64,000 nucleotides of DNA from Owenia fusiformis (taxonomy: Eukaryota), in NCBI GenBank assembly GCA_903813345.2, contig CAIIXF020000001.1, forward strand, positions 36,270,001 to 36,334,000. Direction: 5' to 3'. Positions within the stretch are counted from its first letter, which is position 1. Each line of letters starts with the position of its first letter. Position numbers and translations under genes: made by a program. Shown one piece after another: positions 23,890-37,971 of this stretch. The notes below the pieces were generated by a model. The model was given only the letters and a program-made list of their open reading frames with translations. It did no database searches and had not been told where the DNA came from.

Positions 23890-25829
23890 TAAGCAATTGC
23901 ACTTCACTATTAACTGTAATGCATTTTCTTTGCAAAGTAGTTCCCTGTGTTTTTGTTCAGTTTTATTGGATAGTTAGAAATCAATTGGGACATCCCGGAG
24001 TGTAATTTAACAAGCTCAGATGTGGACATTAAGTCTTGATTAAAGCATATATTACCATCAAATTGCTTTGGCCTTAATTGCCTCATTGGATGGTCATCTC
24101 TTCTGTAAATTACAGGTAGACAATGTCATATGATCCATTCAAGATAGGGCAGTGAAAGTGTATATGTTTAATCATGGTCTTCAATAAATACTTGGAGTCT
24201 ATGATTTAACATTTATTAAACTCAGGGCTGGACCATTTGGTATAACGGTAAAGTGGTCCACATTTTGTTCACCTACATCTGTACGTCCTGTTTATTTTTT
24301 AAACTAAGAGCCAGCCAACTTTTGTTTTGCCCAGAGCTTGTGTGTTATTTAAACAGAAAATATGTCTGGATTATTTGTCTAAAGAAGCATGACCAAAATC
24401 ATATCCTTCATTGTTTTACTGCATGTCCTGGAGTTTTACCAGACCATCAGTTGTCTTTGTGATCATGATATCCGCTTTTTTACACTCAATCATGTCCTGT
24501 TTTTTTCTTATTGTAAAAACATTCTTTGTATACACTTGTAGAAATTAATTAAAATCATGTTTCATGGATTTTCATGGATACAGTATAATATTCATATTAG
24601 GGAAAATGGAAATATATTATAGAAACACAGTAAAATAATTAGATATCAAAAATTGCTAAGCATAACTGGTTTCAAGGAAATAAACCCCAACATACAAAAG
24701 AAACAATGTTAAAGTATTTCCTCACAGTCTTTTGTGTCTTTTGTAGCTTTCCACATCTTGGACATTTTCTCATAGCAGTATTTGATCACTCCCCGATTAA
24801 CTGTCACCTATCTTACTCTCACTTACATTTAATTGAGTATTTACTCCTCTTTTTCAGTTATTAAGCTCTCCTCTTCTCCTGTCAGACTACCATTAGCACA
24901 AGCCAAAATCACAATCAGAAAGACACTTGTAGAGCTATCATAGGCATCATTGAACTGATTTAAATCATCGGCATTTCATGTTCATCAGGCATGCTCTTAA
25001 TTTTTTATTTGCTCTTAATTTATTTAGTTGGTTGAAACATGAGGGAGAAAAACTAATGGCTCAAAGACAAGGTCACTAAGACCTACATTTTTATCAATGA
25101 GTTCCATTATAATGATTACCTTTCATAAGATCAATTTAATTTATGACATACTAGCTTTACTTAGGTTAGTTTCAAGAGGGAACATACCTTTATAGGAATA
25201 GTATTATAATTTAGACTAAAATAATTGAGTGTTTATATTATTACATTTATACACAGTGGACTATGATATACATAAATAAATGAGTTTGGACAAAAGGCTT
25301 TTGCTTATGCGGAGTTCTCTCATATAAATAATTAATGCAAAGTAAAAATCAATCACAGTGGAAGAAATTGATGAAACTTATTTCCACTCCAAGTTATTAT
25401 CGTACAGTTTTTATTATTGCACTTATTCGCTGTGCTTGATTTATCAAATTATTAGCACATACGAGGGATAATTAAAAATAATAGAAAATATTATTTCCCA
25501 GTTATCGTTCAGTGTTATTTTATGTAACTTAACATTGTTTCATCTATGTGGCATTATGTTAACCAATACTCCTATTCGCGATAAGAGTTCAGGTGGTAAT
25601 TTACATAAATATCTCCCATGATGCATCGTTTTGGAAGGGACACATTTTCATTGGCCCGTCGAACAAGTCGATTACTCTGAATGTTTCTCAGCTTCTACTC
25701 TTCCATCAGTCCTCAAGCATAGTTATATAATCCAATCTATTCAATAATCAGAAAGATATTCTGAGATTCAAAATAACATTATTTATATTTTTTCGATCTT
25801 CGATGGCGTCTGAGCACTTTCTGGGATAT

Positions 25830-25854
25830 CAGTGACGTCACTGGAATTGGGCGG
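25830..25854. promoter_or_regulatory. Palindromic CRE plus inverted CCAAT plus GC box cluster
   Basis: CAGTGACGTCACTG (14-bp palindrome), ATTGG at 25846-25850, GGGCGG at 25849-25854, within a locally CpG-retaining patch. Motif match only. Confidence 0.35.
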
Positions 25855-26617
25855 CATTTTCATCTACAGATTTCTTCGGATTTGGGGATTATAGTTCAAA
25901 AAGCTTTGTCATATATCTTAATTACATACGTACCTATCGTTTGTGCAAATGAAACTCTAGATAAATGTTTAATAGAGTCGCAGTGCGGCATTGAAAATAG
26001 CACCCCTGTGTAATCCAATGGGAAAGAACCCGGATGTAGACGAAGTTGTACCATACATGAGAGCTCTTCAAACGGGAGGCAGCTAAACTGAGCGAAATTA
26101 AACGTTATCGCGTATTGGTATATTAAGTTCACCTTTTTAAAGACTTTAAATAGTGTTGTCATTATTATATCAGAATTCATTTTAATCATAATCTGTCATG
26201 TTATCATATTCATTAATGGTACCCATCACATCTTTGTCAATTGCATTGCAAAGAGACAAATATATATTTTGGGGTTTATTTTATAGTTCATTATTTATGT
26301 ATCTAGATAAGAAATCTCCTCAGGCAATATATCTGTAATACTACTAAAATCATTAGAACATTATTCTCCAGATTTATGAGTATGTTTTCATAATATTGCC
26401 TTCTAAAAGATTTGAATCATGCTGAATAACTGTGGATTTATACCATTAGATTATTATTTCATCATCATATTTTGCCTCCAAACAAATTAGGTTGTATTCA
26501 GTTCATATTCTTTCACATAAATCTTTCCCAGGCTCTTTTGTTTAATGCCAGCTTCAGTAATCCCAATCTGTTTATACAAGTAGATGAACAAGAGATGATT
26601 GAGATGCATGAGAATAT

Positions 26618-26870
26618 TAAGGCAAGGCATTGTGGAATAGGAAATATACTTTCTCAGATTAGGTTTTCAGTGGTATTTCTAAGGCAAGGTGCTGTGTAGT
26701 AGGAAGTCCTATTTGCAGGTTAGGTTTTCAATGGTATTTCTAAGGCAAGGTGCTTTGTCCTAGAATGCACTTTCCCAGATTAGGTTTCCAGTGGTATTTC
26801 TAAGGCAAGGTGCTGTGTAGTAGAGATTACTATTGGCAGGTTAGGTTTTAATGGTATTTCTAGAGTCAGG
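26618..26870. repeat. About 60-bp tandem repeat, about 4 copies in alternating A/B form
   Basis: TTAGGTTTTCA(G/A)TGGTATTTCTAAGGCAAGGTGCT recurs; TAAGGCAAGG at 26618, 26680, 26741 and 26801. Confidence 0.9.
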
Positions 26871-27093
26871 GCAATCTGTGCGAGGTTTGGTTTTTACTTG
26901 TTTGTTTTTTAATTAAGGGAAGTACTTCATTCCCATGATTCAAATTGCTTTTCTGCGATCAGTTCAGTTTTAGTTTGAACAAAAAACGTGAACAAATTTG
27001 GGGCAGGTTGATATTCTGTCATACTTGTGTCGGGTGTATACTTTTTGTTTTGACACTAAACAAAAATATTCCTGCAATATAAGGTGCATTATG

Positions 27094-27130
27094 CAGGCCC
27101 ATAGCCAGGATTTGCCAAGGGGGGTTCACT
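27094..27130 (+). mobile_element. Orphan end of a hAT-like MITE (CAGG..CGTAGCCAG type)
   Basis: CAGGCCCATAGCCAGG...GGGGGG; related orphan ends at 40109 (CATGCCCGTAGCCAGGGGGG) and, inverted, 871-885 (CTGGCTACGCCCCTG). No partner TIR found. Confidence 0.4.
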
Positions 27131-28748
27131 TTTTGAAAAATTCCAAAAATGGCCAAAGTCACTTAAAAAGTGCTCAGAATGATGAAAAACTGCATGATTT
27201 TGAAAGATTTTTCTCGTAGATTGAGAAAAAGGTATAATGTCTGCCCCCAAACTTTGAAGAATAAGAACTCTAAAAACATGGTGTATAAATTCAAAGCACC
27301 CTGTTAGATCTCTGAAGTGTAATACATCTGTTTTGATCAATGAGATGCTTTGATCTGGTGGTTTAAAGTGAAATTTCAATAGCTATTAGAAATCATTGAA
27401 TTTCATTTTATGCCTTCATCTGTAAACATCATATTTGAAAATTTTAAACATTTTCAATGATTCATCAAGGGTTGTATACAACTGATTAATTTTTGATCAA
27501 CCATCTTATTTTCTGGTGACCATTTTACAAGTATTTTTCATCATAATTGATATATACTGCCAACCACTGCTGACCATTGTAAACAGCTTGTTAGATTTTT
27601 TCGAGTTTTTCATTCATGTCACACAGTTCTAGTTAAAATTGGGCTAGATGCAAGACTTGTATAAGCTAGATTAATTGATTCTGCTATGACTAGGTAATTT
27701 AGATACTTTCAACAAATAGTAAATAAAATGATATCCTCCTCTTCTACAGTTTGTACATACGGTGATAAATTAAGATTTCTGTAAATGTGATTTGTCAGTG
27801 TCGTAATTGTCAACGTGATAACTGCCAGCTTTGTTTAATTAGAAAAAAGGTAAATCTAGGATTTTCAAGAAATCTTGATATATATCTTCTTCGTTGACAG
27901 ATATATGATCTTGTCTGGGGCAAGATGTCTTGATCTTCTGAACTGAAATGAGGCTTTGAAAATGCCTATAGAAATTGAAGACACTGCATGCACCCACAAG
28001 ATACTCAAATAGCAATAGATTAGGTTGAACTTTGATTTATTTAATTGGTTTATTTTTTAAGCATGTGATTTCGATATTACATTCCCTTGTTCTGGTCTTT
28101 TGGTTCATGTTTCCATATGGTTCATGGATATTTTGTATTTGTTAGGTTGTTTTTAATGTTGCTACTTGTGCTTTTTGCATATAAGTTTTCATTTTCCTGA
28201 TATTGTTGATTGATAGCTTCACGATCATGGAGAATGACTGTGACCATGATCACGTCCACATAACACTTCTAACCAATATAAATCTTATAACAGGATATAA
28301 ATCAATCGGAAAATATTGACAAAAAATATTGTTGTAGCTAAGAATGACATTTTCTAGTGTGACAACATTTTCTAGTATTATAGCAAACATCGTACATTGA
28401 CTCATCAAATCTTGATTTGTGAATGTTTTTCATTTTTGGCCTCGGCAGGTGTCGATCATTTTAAAAGTACTCCAAGTATTCGTGAAGTTTCAAATCTTGT
28501 GGATTTTCAAAAATATGTGTTTCTTCCTTCTCAATTACTAGGTAACTGTAGTCAAAATAACATACTGGTGCTTTATAAACAAATGCCATAGACAAGGCAT
28601 GAAAGAAAGTTACTGCAAAATACAAATACAAGACTTCAACTACAAAATTAATTTAAATCATAACCTCAATCATTTCTCATCTTCATCACATTTTTACCTG
28701 TATGGACTATACAGAATATTCTGTCATTGTCACAACCTCATAGACATA

Positions 28749-28925
28749 CAGTAAAACCTGTGCAGGAGGAACACCTTTGGCACCTCTAAAAAGTGTTCCA
28801 CTTAGAAGACGTTCTATTTACAGAGGTTAATTTAACAGTAAGTCAGTCGGTTGTGGGACTGTTAAAAGTGTTCTACTACATATGGAGGTGTTCCACTTAC
28901 AGAGGTGTTCCACTTTACGTTTGTA
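28749..28925 (+). mobile_element. pogo/Tigger-like MITE
   Basis: TA|CAGTAAAACCTG start, internal GGAACACC / GTGTTCCACTT repeats; homologous to 35099 and 40564. Confidence 0.7.
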
Positions 28926-30698
28926 TACAGATATCTAATTCCACATCATTCAGTATCTGTGTAATATTCCACATTCTAAACAATCAATTATTACAACTGC
29001 TCAAATATGAATTAAGGATCCCATACATATGCAATTGACATCTTCTATATGCCTAGTGACATATACTATAATTGGTGAATTCATTGAACTGAATATTGCT
29101 GTTAGAGGAAAATATAATAGGGCATGGAGTATTATAGAAATCAAAGTCTCAAGCTCATTCATTCTTGGTCTATATCAAATATTCTGAAGATTATGTCATC
29201 AATCATGGTGTGCTAATTTCTTTTGCGTTGAAGCACTCTCATAAGTTATGATACAGGAACGTCACTGGGGTTTTGAGTTGTTAGTGGTATATAATATATG
29301 CAATGTATAATTAGATACCACAAAATATTCTACTTTGAATGTCACCTTGTACTGAGGTGGAGCAATCCAGGAAATATTGAAATATTGGATAAAATCCAGA
29401 GTAGAATATTTGTGACTGTTAACATACAATTACCTATTTTAACAATTGGCCAGAGTATATTTGACATCATTTTGAGGTGAAATTGTAATAATATAACATA
29501 TACCATTGCATGATAACATTAGTTGACCTGTAATTGAAAATTAGAATAAAAAGTGACAATTTGACATCTTTATCAAAATATTCAAATTCAGTACAAACGA
29601 TCTTATGATTTGAATTTAGAAAATTGGTCAGTTGGTTAATTGGTCAGTTTTGAATGTGGGGTATATCCCTCAGGAAATTTCCCTATTTCCCTCAGGATAT
29701 ACCTCATATCCAAAATCTCCCATAACATAACCCTCATATATTATGAGCGTTAATTGATGATAGTGTACCTTTATTAAATAAAAGGTGCCAATAAAAATGT
29801 TCTACTGTATTTGTTTTACACATATAGTGTACTTGTATATTCAGAAAGTGGCATATGGGTATCAACATTTAGTATCTGTTTGCCTTTTAGCAAATACAAA
29901 TGTACATGTTTATGCCTTTGTTTGGTAAACAATAAGTTTGAGTGTGGAGCTATGTACTATATTTAGTACATAGGTGTGTCAGCTGTAAGACATAAAACAT
30001 TACACTTGACGGATCCAACACATTTTAAAGCCTTAACTGTTTATCTGAAACAACCTACTACATCTACATGTATGTTTATCCGTTGTTCCTAGAAAGGGGA
30101 TTAGATAATATTTCGTTCATCATTAAGTTAGGGATTTTCACGTGATCTCCAAGAATTGAACAACTGAATATTAAATCCATTTGAAAAATGCACTCTGTGA
30201 TCTTGTGAGATCTGTGCCTCCGATGGGGTTTAATTTTTTTATTAATTTTTTTCCACGCAAGTGCAGAAATCCTTTTCACACTTGAAATTTGGGATGCTCC
30301 CTTGTTAGTTTTCAGATTCGCCCCTCATCATGTGTTCCGCTGTGGCTATTAAATCTGGCATCATTATTATGTTTGCATGACTATAAAATGTAGCATATTG
30401 TTTTTATGCGTGACTTCTTTAATATGTAACATTATATATTTGTGTGGTTACTTAAATGTGGCATCACCAACAATAACAACTGCCTCTCATTTTTGTAATT
30501 TGGCTAATTTCCTTATAGACCATGACTTATTGGAAGATAACTAACACGACGGCTTTCTATTAGCCAGTTGAACCAAGAGTCAAGGTAATAAGACTATGGT
30601 ATATTCTTTAATAAATGGTAAACATCACTGTGGTCAACACAAACAAACCAGCTCAGAATGGGCCTGTCTGATTAATGCAACCAACCATATCATATTAA

Positions 30699-31427
30699 GG
30701 TGACTGTTAACTTAATCGATTTTCAGAAAAAATTGAAAATTTCACAATCTTGAAATTTTCAAACTCTTCCTGAGAAGTCGTTTTTATTATTTCACATATG
30801 CTTGTGCACTGTAATCATTACAAAGACATCAAAGAACAACAAAAAAACTTTAGTTTGAGAAAAAAAAGTGTCGTTAAAGAATTTGAGAAGATTTTTTTCT
30901 AGGAGTAGCCCGTGAAAAACCGCTGATTCAAAATATCTGAACATTTCAGAAAATATACTTCAAACATATATCAAAAACGAAGGAGCAACGGAAATTTGAA
31001 AAATTACCCGATAAAAAAATTGGGATCAAAATAAGGAAAAAAGTACACTTCTCAAATTGTTTTTTTCTATTTTTTTAAATTTGTATGAGAGATTTCAAAA
31101 TTCTAAAGCTCCTTCCATTTTGGGCTATATTAAAGGGATGTTTCAGAGAAATTAGAAAAAAAAATGTTCAGGGACCTTTGCCGTGCTACTCTTTTTGTCA
31201 ATTTTTCTGTCACATTTTCAGAGGACTCAAATTCCCATTCCAAAATGTTTACTGTTTCTATTTGCATTACCACAGTGAGCCTGGTTATATAAATGATAAG
31301 TGGAACTAAAAAATTGAGAGAAAATCCAACCAAAAGACAGTTAATTTTGATGGTCAGATTATACTCAAATGCCATGTGCTTCCTGGTTTCGGCCATCTTG
31401 GATTTTTTGATTAAGTTATAAGTTACC
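30699..31427. mobile_element. Kolobok-like non-autonomous element (TTAA TSD, GG...CC termini)
   Basis: TTAA|GGTGACTGTTAACTTAATC ... GATTAAGTTATAAGTTACC|TTAA, 16/19 TIR match. Confidence 0.75.
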
Positions 31428-32943
31428 TTAAGCGTATAATGTTAAGAGAAAGTTCTTGGTCAAAATGGTTACTGTTTATATCATATAATAATTCATTGTG
31501 ACATCCATCAGTTTTGTGTATTGCCATTCATTACAATAATTGATTTTTAATTTAATAACTGTCAATTCTTATAAAGATGTATAGTAAGTAAAATAGGTTT
31601 TCACTTAAAATAGGTTAAGAAGGTGAAGTGATTACCTCACAAAAATATTTCGTGATACTTATACACTTATTCTATAATATATAGTATTTAACTTGAATTT
31701 CTACTCTGAATCCCCATCAGCTAACTATACTACCCTCTGACTATTAATAAGGATTTAACAATATGAGGGCTGAAAAAGATCTAATTTAGAGTTTTCATTG
31801 CATTCTAAATAATGAGAGTCTGAATATACATGAATGTCAGCAAGGCTGAAAATGTAGTTTGTGTCATAATTTATTGACTATGTCTAGTCTTAAATCTAGT
31901 CTTTAATTAGAGAATAAAATTTGCAAAATGTTAATAAGCCTTTAGGTCCAAAAACTCTTTCCAAACTTTTTCAACAAAATCATATAAACACAAGCTCACT
32001 CAAAGTCATGATGACTAAACTAAGTTTGTTCTGTTCATATTTTCCTTCAATTTTTCTTAATTCATTTATGATAATTCTATTTTTGTTGTTTCTTAACAAT
32101 TCAAAACAACTAATAACCAATGCTAATTTCCCACACACTTTACTTATTTCCCCATATATTGAATTTGGAAACTGCCATTAATCACAATTTATATCAAGTT
32201 GACTGAACGTGTTATTGGTCATTAATATTTCAAATATTTTCTGACTATTATTATACTTTTGTTGGCTTTTATTCAGGCAAGGTTATACTTTATTATTGTC
32301 ATTACTGAGATATCAATGCTTATCATTTTTGTTACTTTGTCACTTCACTTAACTTAAACTTTTTTACTTATCTGCTTGTAGAATATTATCAACTGTGATA
32401 TTATATTACATAATTGCACATCTGTTCTGATTTTATTAATCCCCCTTTCTACATATAAACAATTACATATTCATAATTGAAATAAATGCATATGCCTATT
32501 TTAGCTGTCATGTTCTGCTTTTCTTAAAGTGTATGCAGGTTAATTTTTTACCATATCTCCTCAAATTACTTTTATTTATCGTGAATGCCTACCTGAATAT
32601 AAATTAATATCATAATGTTTAGGCACCTACCTTGTATAGTTTACTTTGATATTACAATAAAAACACTAATGTAATATTTCAATCATAAACTAGCTGGGTT
32701 TGTTATTAAATCCTAGTCTTTTCTAACAATCATTATGATTGCACTGCTTCCTCACTGTAGCTGTTTTCTTGTTGAACTGATCTTTGCCTATAGCGCAATG
32801 TGGCTATATTAGATCTGGCCTCAGTTTACTGTAAAACAATCTGTTTTGTTGCTGGTTCACGGTATGCATTGATTTTGATAACTGATTAAGAATTCTGCTT
32901 GAAATTCTCTTTGTACAGTACTTTATTTTAACTTATGTCATCT

Positions 32944-32973
32944 TTTGTTTGTTTGTTTGTTTGTTTGTTTGTT
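32944..32973. repeat. (GTTT)n microsatellite
   Basis: About 7 GTTT units. Confidence 0.9.
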
Positions 32974-35098
32974 GGTTATATTATTTATCAATATCACAGA
33001 TGCCGTTTCTATGTATTTGATCCGCTGAATTTACAAATACATATATAGAGAATTTGTAGTTATTAGAAGTTGTGTGAGTCAGTTATGCTGTTATCCAAAA
33101 GGTTCTGGTAGGCATACGTCAAAGAATGATATAATATATATAATATCTGCTAACAGGAACCATAATTGTAACAGAGTCTTTGTGATCAATTTATCATGAA
33201 GTTATCAAGCTAAGCCATTCATGGTAAATATATGAGGCTAGTCTTTGATTGGGTTTCTATTGTAATTTCTTCAACTGCATTCATGTTCTGCATTTACTAT
33301 AGCGATTAAGGCAAACGATAACGTTGGAGCGTGATGTTAGATCAAAATGTCCACTATTGTTTCTGGCAAGTAAGAGAAGGACTTTTCGAAATTAACTTTT
33401 GATGCTCTTCGTTTTTTTGTTGATTATCTTTTAAGTGATTGTATGACAGCAAACAAGTGCAGTGACGTAAACTGGCATGTTTTCTCCAAATGTAATCCAA
33501 TAAGAATTGTTCACCAATTAGTCCCTGCCAAAACAATCGTGACTGTGTTAAATAGCCATGTACCCCAGGTGATAACAATTGTTGAATCATTTGTTCAAAG
33601 TGTCGGATTTTAATTATCGTAAAAGAGTATTAGTTATTAGCTCAGAAGGAAGTCATTATTGAAACCGTTGGAATTGACCATAGAATCCAAATGTTCTTTG
33701 GATAATAATAGCTCCATTGCGGATTTAGTGGTCTTCCTTTATCATGCTATAATTGCGCTATTGCCTGTGAAATTGACACACCGCAGAACTGCATTTGTGA
33801 CTTACCACCATATATTGCCATTGGGTACAGTGTTGATTTATAGAAGGATTGTCCCATGCGTGACTTTGATACACTTTTCCAGGTATTATTCTAAGATGTT
33901 GCAAATAAAATTCATATAAAACGCTATGGCAAATGTTCATTACAGTAAAGCACAGTTAGTTAAAGTAGAACTGTAAAGTTGTTCATATGCCTACAAGTAA
34001 ATCAAATATGCTTCATTGATGCTAAAAAGTTGTTTAATTGATCCATTTTAACACATACAGCTGACACAATATTTATGTTATTATCAAAGGATGATCAATA
34101 TAAAAAATATAAACAGACATTTATTATATTGAATGAATGTTTACTTGCTATTTACAATTACACGCATCCAAAGTTTTTATCGACAATTATCAATAAAGCC
34201 ATTTGTTAGTTTGTTAGTATGCGAACCCTCATACATGTATTAGAGCATGTTTCTGTTTTTGCTATTTTTTGTTAACTGATATCTGCCATTTATTCCATCA
34301 AATCACAAATTTAACTTGCCACATTTTGTTTAGATTGGACGGTTCCATTTGTAATATCATAACAATATTTAATTGTAGTAGACAGTATTATGATGAATCT
34401 TCAAGAAATCAATTACAGGTAATTCCGTGGATTTGTACTTAATAACCCCTTTGTTATTTTGTTAATTCATTATTTGTTTTGTATTTGCTTAGAAATTTCT
34501 ACTGGCAGACAGGGATGATGTCTAAATGTTGTTGTTGAAAAATGGATCTTTGAATAAAGATATGGTTCAACCATCCCCTGTTATAATCAATGGACACATG
34601 TTCATTTGTTGCTTGCTGGCCAAACATCAAAATATACTAATTTATTTTCAATGTTTAGTTTTCAAAAAAAACATACACAATGAGGAGAAATATCGGGAGC
34701 ATGATAATACATTGTTATTATCTCCTATTGTTGGTCAACATGGTAACCAGCAATTATAATGTCAAATAACACATTGGTTGAATCAGGCTACTGATCAATG
34801 TGGCCTCATTTAGAATGTCTTCATTTCATCAGTTATTGACTTATTAGTAGAGATTACTTCATATTGGCATAGTGTATCATATAATAAGTTAGCAACATCT
34901 AATTGGGTAGATAATATTGATGACGTAGAATGTCATTTTGGTATCTTCATGCAAACGTACATACATTTGGTCCCAAGTGACAGATGCGTTCTTAAACTAT
35001 GCTCTATAACCAGTAAGTTGCTTTATGAGATTTGACTCATAGATGGATCTGCATCCATAAGTCAAAACTGCTACTTGTTGTATGATTGTAAGATTGTA

Positions 35099-35229
35099 CA
35101 GTGAAACCTGTGAAGGGAAAACCTCTGTAAGTAGAACATTTTCAGAGTCCCAAGACCAATTGACTTAATGGTAAATGAACACCTTACAGGTGGAACAACA
35201 CAGGTGTTCTACTTAGAAAGGTTTTATTA
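35099..35229 (-). mobile_element. pogo/Tigger-like MITE
   Basis: TA|CAGTGAAACCTG ... AGGTTTTATTA|TA; interior is reverse-oriented relative to the 28749 copy. Confidence 0.65.
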
Positions 35230-35521
35230 TATTTCATTGATAATGTAGTTGCCATGGTAACCTAGTTTTATGGGAAGGAGTGTATGGAGCAACCCTTGAT
35301 GCAACTGATGAATCAAAGACTAACCATACATAAGAAATAAAACTTTGATTTTCAAATATTACAATCTCCTTTACCCATTGTTCTACTGTCTGCCATCTGA
35401 CACAAATTATGCTTACTTGCTCAAGCAGATATCATATCCATTTTTGAATAAAAATCATATCACTCATAAATCATAAGACATTCTCTATATGTCTTTTGAT
35501 GCATTGTTTATTACATTTCTA

Positions 35522-36609
35522 CGAGGGGTGATCAATAAGTAATGGACGCTTTTTTACACAGATACTTTTTATAGACCAATTCCTTTGATTTTCCTACCAG
35601 TGATACATCATTCAATTATCTATCAATTCTGAAGATTTGAAGACAAAATATATAATACATGTTGATATATCCTTATTTCCGTGAAGGAGGTACAGGTACC
35701 CCGGGACCGACATTTACGTCACATATTCTGAAGCTATTTTAGCTTGTTTAACATGCAATGCAGTTGAATTCAGGCTGAACAAAACAAACCATTATGGTCA
35801 TGAATTACCCCATTTTGTTATGCCATAGTTGATTTTGAATATTTTATCATCACTATGTGGTATTCATGCCACATTCATTCCACAGGGCCCTCTAAATAGG
35901 TTCCATCAAGTGCTACAAGTACACAATTCCTCATCCTCTTAAAATCTCAAAATTGTGAGACAAGGCTGAATCCATTCTCTGACATGGTAGCAAGATGCAG
36001 TTGCACGGGTTGTTTTATTTCATCAATGTCAATAAACCTGCGTCCTTTCTCTATAGAAATAAGTAGTATAGAAATGAACAAGTCACGTGTGAGCAGATCT
36101 GGACAATATGGTGCATTGGCCAAGGGCTCAATTTTGAGGTCCAGGGTTATTGTTTTCTGAACATTTTGAGATCTGTGGGCAAGTGCATTGTCCATATGGA
36201 GTAGGGCGTTCCCTTCTCTCACCACCTCTTTCTTCCACAATGCTTTCTCAAATTGACCTGCAAACCCTTCCATACAACACTCTGACATCACAATACTTTC
36301 TGTTTATGTGATACCAGTCAGCAAAAAATTTCAAACAACACAACACTTGTTGCATATAAAAAGTTCAAATCCAACTGAAATATACCAAACTGGCTAAAAA
36401 CTGAATATGTGACGTAAATGTCGGTCCCGGGGTTCCTGTACATCCTTCATGGAAATAAGGATATATCAACATGTATTATATATTTTGTCTTCAAATCTTC
36501 AGAATTGATAGATAATTGAATGATGTATCACTGGTAGGAAAATCAAAGGGATTGGTCTATAAAAAGTATCTGTGTAAAAAAGCGTCCATTACTTATTGAT
36601 CACCCCTCG
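35522..36609 (-). mobile_element. mariner-derived element with 207-bp TIRs and TA TSD
   Basis: TA|CGAGGGGTGATCAATAAG ... CTTATTGATCACCCCTCG|TA; arms 35522-35728 and 36403-36609 differ at about 4 positions. Confidence 0.97.
35947..36291 (-). pseudogene. mariner transposase catalytic-domain relic
   Basis: LLHMDNALAH...LANAPYCPDLLTRDLF...KGRRF corresponds to mariner HDNAxxH...HPPYSPDLAPxDF...GxxF; N-terminal domain and first Asp are absent. Confidence 0.9.
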
Positions 36610-37971
36610 TAAATGACTCATATCTTGTCATAACTTGTCACATCCAAATTCTTCTTAGCTTCTTAACTAATTCTGAGATACTTGTAAATTCTGTTAATTA
36701 ATGAAGTTAATGATAGTTACATCTCATTAAGATTCAGAAATCAGAATTATAAAATCCTAGGTTGTGGTTCTAAAATATAAATGCATTATCACACTTATAT
36801 GACAAGCACATAGCTAACAAAGCACTTTAGAGTAATAAGTGCTGGAAAATATTTCCCGAGACATTGGTCAAGTAAATACAGTAATCAGGTTATTTCAGCT
36901 TAATTAATATCACAGTTGTTCAGCAAAAGGATTTGATTAGATTAGTAGTGGTTTGTTTCTTGACTCTGTATTATTGATGTTGTTCTGGCATCTGCAACCT
37001 GTCAAACCTTTTTTTTATTCTTTGCATTGCACTTTCATTGCTAACTTGAGCTTCATAGCCTGGTGAAACGATGAGTGCTGTCCAAAAAGTTCTGAAATTA
37101 TTTTGTATATCAAAGAGTTTTTATTGATTCTTGCTGATGCATCATTGAGCATATTCTATTTTTTAATTTTCAAAAACTTCTAAATGATTGGTTTCATGTT
37201 GGTGATATATTGTTGCTGTGATATCCTAGATGGGGCAACCCTTGTATGCAACTCACACTACAGATGTCTTACAGAGACTATTTCAGGCTGTTTTGGAAGT
37301 TTCCTAGACAGCACCACAAAGCATCACAGAAATAGAAAAATTTCTTCTGAAGGATGCTGATTCCAAGGATATTTATAAGCTTAAAAGAAATTATTATATC
37401 AGTTATTCATCTGTACATTGTACCTACAATGACAAGTCAATTCTTGCTTCTAATCAGAAATGCAAAATTTGGTTCATATGGATTGTTCAACTTTGTGACT
37501 CTATGTGACTCCATCTTTTTTTTATGGGTGTCATTGCTGGTAATTTACAGAAATCAACTTTTTTTACCATCGAATGGTGCCTTTTTGCCTTCACACTGGA
37601 TTTGATATTATGACCTGGTAGACCAATGAATGACATAGATACGATAAGTAGTTTCGTTTGCAAAATACTCTGTATGTAGATCTCATGATAGATGATGTTT
37701 TTTCAGTTATTCATGATGATGTAACTTCAAGTCTATGTTATTTCATACAGATGATTTATGATGCAAGTATAAATATGTTTATATAAGAAATATTTGATCA
37801 CTGCGGATGCATAGTAATTGGCTTCATGATGAAGTTCCAAGAAAGATTTTGATGTTCCAAACACAGAGGATGAGCTAATACAGTCTCATACACATATCCA
37901 AAAATGATTCAGCTTGAAGTCGTATGATTAAAAATAGTCTATTACACCAATAAAATAGATTAAACCAAATA

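Noticed and set aside
25976..26086. Short plus-strand frame ending ...NPDVDEVVPYMRALQTGGS*
   Set aside because: Only 36 codons, poor acceptor, and no recognisable family.
33354..33940. Cluster of short ORFs on both strands
   Set aside because: No motifs or consistent frame; lengths are within chance expectation.
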